In this document: positions 48,774-64,000 of the stretch, piece by piece
Layout of the letters: every line of letters starts with the position of its first letter
Position numbering within the stretch: the stretch's first letter is position 1
Origin: Eledone cirrhosa
Lineage: Eukaryota
DNA length: 64,000 bases
Assembly: GCA_964016885.1 (NCBI GenBank)
Contig: OZ024740.1
Span: forward strand, 435,302,001 to 435,366,000
Reading direction: 5' to 3'
The notes under the pieces: generated by a model
The model's database searches: none
What the model was told of the DNA's origin: nothing
What the model saw: the letters and a program-made list of their open reading frames with translations, nothing else
Made by a program: the position numbers and the translations under genes

Positions 48774-49379
48774 GGTGGCTGCCAACTCGTTTTCGAGTAC
48801 GGCCACTACTTTATATCCATGTAGGAGAACCCCTACTGATGCGCTGAACGAGTGTGACTTTTTAGTCCAGCCAGCGACTTGAAAGCTCTGGTACAAACAC
48901 TACACTTGTGACAATTATTGACACATAGTGCTGGGCCATGGTACCATGTGACGACAAATGCAGAGAGATCTCCAGATATAAAGCAATGCCTGTGCCGTGA
49001 AGCTTTTATAGTGAGCAAAGGCACTGCACAAAGCCAGTCCCACTCTCTTAACCAGATGATATTTACCAAAAAGAAGAACAAGTCAACATCATTGGATACC
49101 ATCAGGGTTGCAGGTGTTATATCAGAGTTTTCCTTCTCCTAGAATTCTGCCTTGACAAAGGCTAAGGGGTCATCTCTCCCGGTGATTTTGGATGGCCATT
49201 GACTCTTAAGAGCTCCTTTGCCTTTTGACAGGTTTTGTTTTTAGTCCTGCAGGATGTCCAAAGTCACCCTCCTCACCAAGAAACCTTGGTGGGGTTGCCA
49301 GTTTAGTCGCCAACGACCCGACCATGGGACAGGTTGTACTGGAATACATGTTACCAGTAGCACCAACTGGTGACCTGAC
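48774..49379 (-). mobile_element. Bipartite non-autonomous RTE derivative (5' UTR-like part fused to 3' zinc finger and 3' UTR), copy 1
   Basis: 5' part has CTAGGAGAAGGAAAACTCTGA, a motif I associate with RTE 5' UTRs; 3' part encodes [25 protein letters not shown] then a CTCG-AAAA-CGAG hairpin and (TA)n. Confidence 0.7.
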
Positions 49380-55128
<5,749 letters not shown>

Positions 55129-55736
55129 GGTGGCTGCCAACTCGTTTTCGAGTACGGCCACTACTTTATATCCATGTAGGAGAACCCCTACCGATGCGCT
55201 GAACGAGTGTGACTTTTTAGTCCAGCCAGCGACTTGAAAGCTCAGGTACAAACACTACACTTGTGACAATTATTGACACATAGTGCTGGGCCCATGGTAC
55301 CATGTGACGACAAATGCAGAGAGATCTCCAGATATAAAGCAATGCCTGTGCCGTGAAGCTTTTATAGTGAGCAAAGGCACTGCACAAAGCCAGTCCCACT
55401 CTCTTAACCAAGATGATATTTACCAAAAAGAAGAACAAGTCAACATCATTGGATACCATCAGGGTTGCAGGTGTTATATCAGAGTTTTCCTTCTCCTAGA
55501 ATTCTGCCTTGACAAAGGCTAAGGGGTCATCTCTCCCGGTGATTTTGGATGGCCATTGACTCTTAAGAGCTCCTTTGCCTTTTGACAGGTTTTGTTTTTA
55601 GTCCTGCAGGATGTCCAAAGTCACCCTCCTCACCAAGAAACCTTGGTGGGGTTGCCAGTTTAGTCGCCAACGACCCGACCATGGGACAGGTTGTACTGGG
55701 ATACATGTTACCAGTAGCACCAACTGGTGACCTGAC
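55129..55736 (-). mobile_element. Bipartite non-autonomous RTE derivative, copy 2
   Basis: Near-identical to 48774-49379 (a few substitutions, two 1-bp insertions). Confidence 0.7.
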
Positions 55737-55953
55737 ATAATATATATATATATATACATACATATATATATACATACATATATACATACATACATACATA
55801 TATATATATACATATATACATACATACATACATATATATATATACATTATATATATAACATACATATATATATACATACATATATATATACATACATATA
55901 TACATACATACATATATACATACATACATATATATATACATATATATACATAC

Positions 55954-55986
<33 letters not shown>

Positions 55987-56643
55987 CATACATACATATA
56001 TATATATACATATATACATACATACATATATATATACATATATACATACATACATATATATATACATATATACATACATACATATATATATACATATATA
56101 CATACATATATATATACATACATACATATATATATATACATATATATACATATATATATACATATATACATACATACATATATATATACATACATACATA
56201 CATATATATACATATATATATACATACATACATATATATATATATACATATATATATACATATATATATACATATATACATATATACATACATACATACA
56301 TATATATATATATACATATATACATACATACATACATATATATATATATACATATATACATACATATATATATACATATATACATACATATATACATACA
56401 TACATACATATATACATACATACATACATATATATATATATATACATACATACATACATATATATATATATATACATACATATATATATATATACATACA
56501 TATATATATATATATACATACATATATATATATATATACATACATATATATATACATACATATATATATATATATACATACATATATATATACATATACA
56601 TATACATATATATATATATATATACATACATATATACATATAC

Positions 56644-56674
<31 letters not shown>

Positions 56675-56728
56675 CATACATATATATATATATATATATT
56701 ATATACATACATACATATATATATATAC

Positions 56729-56781
<53 letters not shown>

Positions 56782-56800
56782 CATACATATATATATATAC

Positions 56801-56834
<34 letters not shown>

Positions 56835-57089
56835 ATACATACATATATATATATATATATAATACATACATATATATATATATATACATACATATATATA
56901 TATATATACATACATATATATATATATATATAATACATACATATATATATATATATACATACATATATATATATATATACATACATACATATATATATAT
57001 ACATACATATATATATATATATACATACATATATATATATATATACATACATATATATATATATATACATACATATATATAATATATAC

Positions 57090-57120
<31 letters not shown>

Positions 57121-57147
57121 CATATATATACATATATATATATATAC

Positions 57148-57178
<31 letters not shown>

Positions 57179-57185
57179 CATATAA

Positions 57186-57280
<95 letters not shown>

Positions 57281-57425
57281 CATATATATATATATATATA
57301 TACATACATACATGTATATACATACAAATGTATGTATATATATACATACATACATGTATATACATACATACATACATGTATATACATACATATATATATA
57401 TATATATACATACATACATTTATAT

Positions 57426-57472
<47 letters not shown>

Positions 57473-58267
57473 CATATATATATATACATATATACACATA
57501 CATATATATATATATACATACATATATACATATACATACATATATATATATATATACACATACATATATATATACATACATATATACATATACATACACA
57601 TACATATATATATACGTACATATATACATATACATACATATATATATATATATATACATACATATATATATATATATATACACATACATATATATATATA
57701 TATATACACATACATATATATATATATACATACATATATACATATACATATACACATACATATATATATATATATATACACATACATATATATATATATA
57801 CATACATATATACATATATATATACATACATATATACATATACATACATATATACATATACATACATATATATATATACACATACATATATATATATATA
57901 CATACATATATACATATACATACATATATATATATACATACATATATATATATATACATACATACATACATATATATATATATACATACATATATACATA
58001 CATATATCATACATATATAATACATACATACATACATACATATATAATATACATACATATATATATATATATACATACATACATACATACATATATACAT
58101 ACATACATATATACATACATATATACATACATACATATATACATACATATATACATACATATATACATACATATATACATACATATATATATATACATAC
58201 ATATATACATACATATATATATACATACATATATACATACATATATACATACATACATATATATATA
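55737..58267. repeat. (TA)n/(TACA)n microsatellite array
   Basis: Direct reading. Confidence 0.95.
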
Positions 58268-59013
58268 TCATCATCATCAACGTTTAACGTCCGTGTTCCA
58301 TGCTTGCATGGGTTTGGACGGGGGTAGTCCCACTTGAGGCAAGAGTGATTGTCTTGCTCGCATAGGACTGTCTGGCAGGTTTTCTACAGTTGGATGCCCT
58401 TCCTAACACCAACCACATTTACAGTGTGGGTCTGGGAGGTTTTTACCGTGTTGCCTACACGGCCACATTACAGCGTGGACTGTGTGTTTTTTGTCGTGAC
58501 ACCTACACGATCTCATTTGTTTCGGCCTCGATGGCGCGGCACCAACATAACTTTACATAGAACGGGGTGGTGTGGATCGGGTGGGGGTGGGTGGTGGGAC
58601 GGGGTGTATTTTGTTAGAGATGCCTACTGGCTGGAGTAGGTTTTACTATATATTTAGGTAAGGCGGGTCTTCTCTGTTACTGAGTACCGCCAAAGGTCTC
58701 GGTCCAGTGACATTGTCTTGGAGAGGTGTAAGTGTGTGATGTCGGAGTTTATCAACTCGTCCCAGGTTTTTCTAGGTCTGCCTATTCCGTGACTACCGTC
58801 TATCTTTATTGCCCTGCACTTTGTTATACAGCTATCGACTTTCATGCGCATCACGTGTCCATACCAACGTAGCCTTCTCTCGAGTAAACAACATCTGATC
58901 CCTCTTATCTCTAATTTTTTCCTTAGTTCGTTTATGCTTTGCCGTTCACGTATATTACTGTTACACATCCAGCGGAGCATGCAAGCTTCGTTCCTCTCTA
59001 GTCTGCGTATATA
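58268..59013 (-). mobile_element. RTE LINE family A 3' fragment
   Basis: [12 protein letters not shown]...EKTRLT* plus 3' UTR and (GAT)n tail. Confidence 0.93.
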
Positions 59014-59156
59014 TATATACATATACATATATATATATATACATATACATTTATATATATACATATACATTTATATATATACATATACATTTATATATAT
59101 ATATATATGTATAAACATGCTAGCGTGGAAGATGGATGTTAGATGATGATGATGAT

Positions 59157-59979
<823 letters not shown>

Positions 59980-60055
59980 CAAAGGAAATGTGGTAAGGAA
60001 CCAGGTGGACCATAACGCACCAAAGTACTCAATACTTGAGGTAGTAGAGTGTGTA

Positions 60056-60166
60056 ATAGGAACCAGTAAGACCCCGACAGCTGAGCTCAAGCCGTTTCGA
60101 CGGCTAATTCAGTCCAGAATTAGCCGTCGAAACGGCTTGAGCTCAGCTGTCGGGGTCTTACTGGTT

Positions 60167-60171
<5 letters not shown>
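60056..60171. repeat. Perfect inverted repeat, 55-bp arms, 6-nt loop (AGTCCA)
   Basis: 60056-60110 is the exact reverse complement of 60117-60171. Confidence 0.97.
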
Positions 60172-61033
<862 letters not shown>

Positions 61034-61957
61034 TATTATGATGTTCCCTGCTGTATTAGCGTTAAATTTTCCCTGCTGTATTAGCGATAAATTTTCTAGG
61101 GTTTCTCTTAGTAGTTTTTTTCATGACGTTATTATTGTTAATTTTACTGATGTAGTATTAACTTATTAACTTGGATATTTACCATGCGGTATTCTAATCC
61201 TATTGTATCTCTCTCAGTTATTTACCATGCGACCCTCAGTTCCTACCCCCCCTCTCTATGCACTTCTTTAAGGCTTACTACCCTGTCTTTAACCTAATTC
61301 ATTCAATCTGAAAATATTGAAGAGATAAGATACTTTCCCATTCTTCTCTGCTAAAATGTATCACTAGAGCTGACTCCAATTATTCCAGCCATCCATCTAA
61401 TCTACGAAGGTATTTTAGCCTACATATTGTCGTTAATATTATGATGTTCCCTGCTGTATTAGCGTTAAATTTTCCCTGCTGTATTAGCGATAAATTTTCT
61501 AGGGTTTCTCTTAGTAGTTTTTTTCATGACATTATTATTGTTAATTTTACTTATGTAGTATTAACTTGGATATTTACCATGCGACCCTCAGTTCCTACCC
61601 CCCCCCCCCCTCTCTATGCACTTCTTTAAGGCTTACTACCCTGTCTTTAACCTAATTCATTCAATCTGAAAATATTGAAGAGATAAGATACTTTCCCATT
61701 CTTCTCTGCTAAAATGTATCACTAGAGCTGACTCCAATTATTCCAGCCATCCATCTAATCTACGAAGGTATTTTAGCCTACATATTGTCGTTAATATTAT
61801 GATGTTCCCTGCTGTATTAGCGTAAAATTTTCCCTGCTGTATTAGCGATAAATTTTCTAGGGTTTCTCTTAGTAGTTTTTTTCATGACATTATTATTGTT
61901 AATTTTACTGATGTAGTATTAACTTGGATATTTACCATGCGACCCTCAGTTCCTACC
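61034..61957 (+). repeat. ~358-bp tandem repeat (about 2.5 copies) directly upstream of RTE family B
   Basis: ATGATGTTCCCTGCTGTATTAGCG starts at 61038, 61441 and 61799. Confidence 0.9.
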
Positions 61958-62197
61958 TCACAATTTCCCTCCCCCCCACCCCCACACACCACCATAGTCT
62001 ATTCGACCAATCAAACCTAGCATGCCATTTCCACTGCTGCTGCTACTACCTGCCTAACTAACTCTCTCCTCCTCTGGCGCATCCCAACACACCCTGCCAT
62101 TACCCCACCACCACTGTTCTTCTAGCCCTCAATTTTCCCACCGTTATGGATGGATGAGCTGGGAATACACGAGCAACTCTGAATCAATAGATGAAAT

Positions 62198-64000
62198 ATG
62201 AATCTGCGAGCTACCAAGCACCCACGTGAAGCGCCAACCCAGAGACCCTCCCCTACGAGTGTCGACAAATGCCCAAAACTCCGAGTTGGTACCATCAATG
62301 TAGGCTCAATGAAAGGAAGAGCAGGAGAAATCGTAGAAATGCTAGAGCGAAAGGAAGTTGATGTATGCTGTGTGCAAGAGACTAGATGGAGAGGAGGGTC
62401 TGCTAGAGTCCTTGTAGGAAAAAGCCAGTGCTACAAATTTTTCTGGGTGGGAAATGACGATGGGATGGGTGGTGTAGGTATACTATTAGCTGACAAGTGG
62501 GTAGATAAAGTAATCTCAGTGTACAGGGTAAATGCAAGAATCATTAAACTTAGACTAGTCCTGAATAAGACAATTACCACAATAATATCAGCTTACGCAC
62601 CCCAATCGGGGCTCCCAGACGAACTTAAGGATAGGTTTTACGAGTCCCTAATACACACTACTGCTCTAACAGACGACAAGGACTTCCTAATCATTGCAGG
62701 AGATTTTAACGGACACGTAGGTAAACACTGCGACGGCTTCAATAGAGTACATGGAGGCCATGGAGTTGGCACAAGGAATGAGGAAGGATTCAGACTTCTA
62801 GAATTCTGCGACGCCAATGACATGTCGATATGTAACACAAACTTTAAAAAACCCGACAACCACCTGATCACCTATAGATCAGGGGAGCACTCTAGTCAGT
62901 TAGATTTTATCCTCATCAGAGGACGTGACAGATGGACGGTCGTAAACACAAAAGCCTTCCCTAGTGAGGAATGTACATCCCAACATAGCTTAGTTGTCAG
63001 CGACCTCACGGTCAGAACTAGACGAGCCCTGAAACAGAGGCCAACCTGGAGAAGAAAGATCTGGAAGCTGAAAGTCCCCTCAACCAGTAACAGATTTAAA
63101 GATATTTTACTCAACGCCTACGACAGTAAAGAAGAACAGATAGAGACATTTAACGTAAAAGAGAACTGGGAGTTCCTAAAAAATAACTTACTAGAGGCGA
63201 CGGATGAGGTTTGTGGCTGGAGTAAGACCTCAAGCAGGAGGAGAGTGACTTGGTGGTGGAACAATAAGGTAGATGAAGCAGTCAAGGCCAAGAGACAGGC
63301 ATGGAAAGAATGGAAGAACGGGGGGAGCAGGGTACATTACATAGAGACCAAGAGGGAAGCTAGGCGACAAGTATACTTAGCTAGGAGGGAAGCAGAGGAT
63401 AGAAAATTCAAGCATGTTTTACAACGTGAGGACCAGAAACAGGAGGTATTCAAGATTGCGAGGCAGTGTGTCAGAGATAGTTGTGATGTCATTGGAGAGA
63501 AGTGTATCCGGAATGATAAAGGTGAGCTTGCCCTCACAAGTGCTGAGAAGAAAGATGCATGGAAGAGTCATTATGATAGATTACTAAATGAGGAGAATGC
63601 ATGGGAAGAAGAGACCCTACCCCACGTAGACCCTATAGAGGGACCAGCAGTACAAGTCAGCGGCAGCGTAGTAAGTAAGGCAATCAGAGATATGAAGATA
63701 GGGAAGGCAACCGGTCCATCGGGTATAGCTGCCGAGATGCTGAAGGCATCTGGGTCTGTAGGTCACACTATAACCACACGTATCGTTAACCAGGTAATAC
63801 TAGAGGGGGCCATACCAAAAGATTGGTGCAGTAGCATCATTGTCAACTGCTACAAAGGTAAAGGCGATGCACTAGATAGAGGAAACTATAGAGGTATAAA
63901 GTTGATGGACCAGGTCATGAAAGTAACAGAAAGAGTTATAGCACAGCTGATTAGGGACCGGGTGAATATAGACGAGATGCAATTTGGGTTTGTACCAGGG
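62198..64000 (+). mobile_element. RTE LINE family B ORF (APE plus start of RT), open to the window end
   Basis: ATG at 62198: MNLRATK...LRVGTINVGSMKG...CVQETRW...AGDFNGHVG...YRGIKLMDQ...EMQFGFVPG; frame holds at every point spot-checked; diverged paralog of family A. Confidence 0.92.

Overview
Repeat-dominated eukaryotic (animal) genomic DNA with no prokaryotic-type features. The Nin-domain and V-domain tRNA-SINEs, RTE LINEs and very long (TA/CA)n arrays suggest a coleoid cephalopod such as Octopus; this is inference, not a database result. The only host gene I can support is Pin1 (parvulin-type prolyl isomerase with WW domain) on the minus strand: two coding exons at 22335-22526 and 21298-21518, with the first coding exon not found in the window. 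The rest is transposons and satellites. These include a PHD-finger-containing RTE LINE family (four copies, two forming a ~3 kb-arm tail-to-tail palindrome), a second RTE with an open ORF running off the right edge, Tx1/L1-like, Penelope-like and CR1-group fragments, mariner derivatives, a non-autonomous Helitron, TTAA MITEs, SINEs, minisatellites with 26, 33, 59, 78 and ~358 bp units, and ~20 kb of TA-rich microsatellite with a 200-N gap. Most ORFs in the supplied track are microsatellite artefacts. The most notable observations are a perfect 55-bp-arm hairpin containing half of a hammerhead ribozyme, a bipartite non-autonomous RTE with an HDV-like ribozyme candidate, a twin-primed 5'-inverted RTE with TSD, and an inverted duplication whose two copies were independently hit at the same site.
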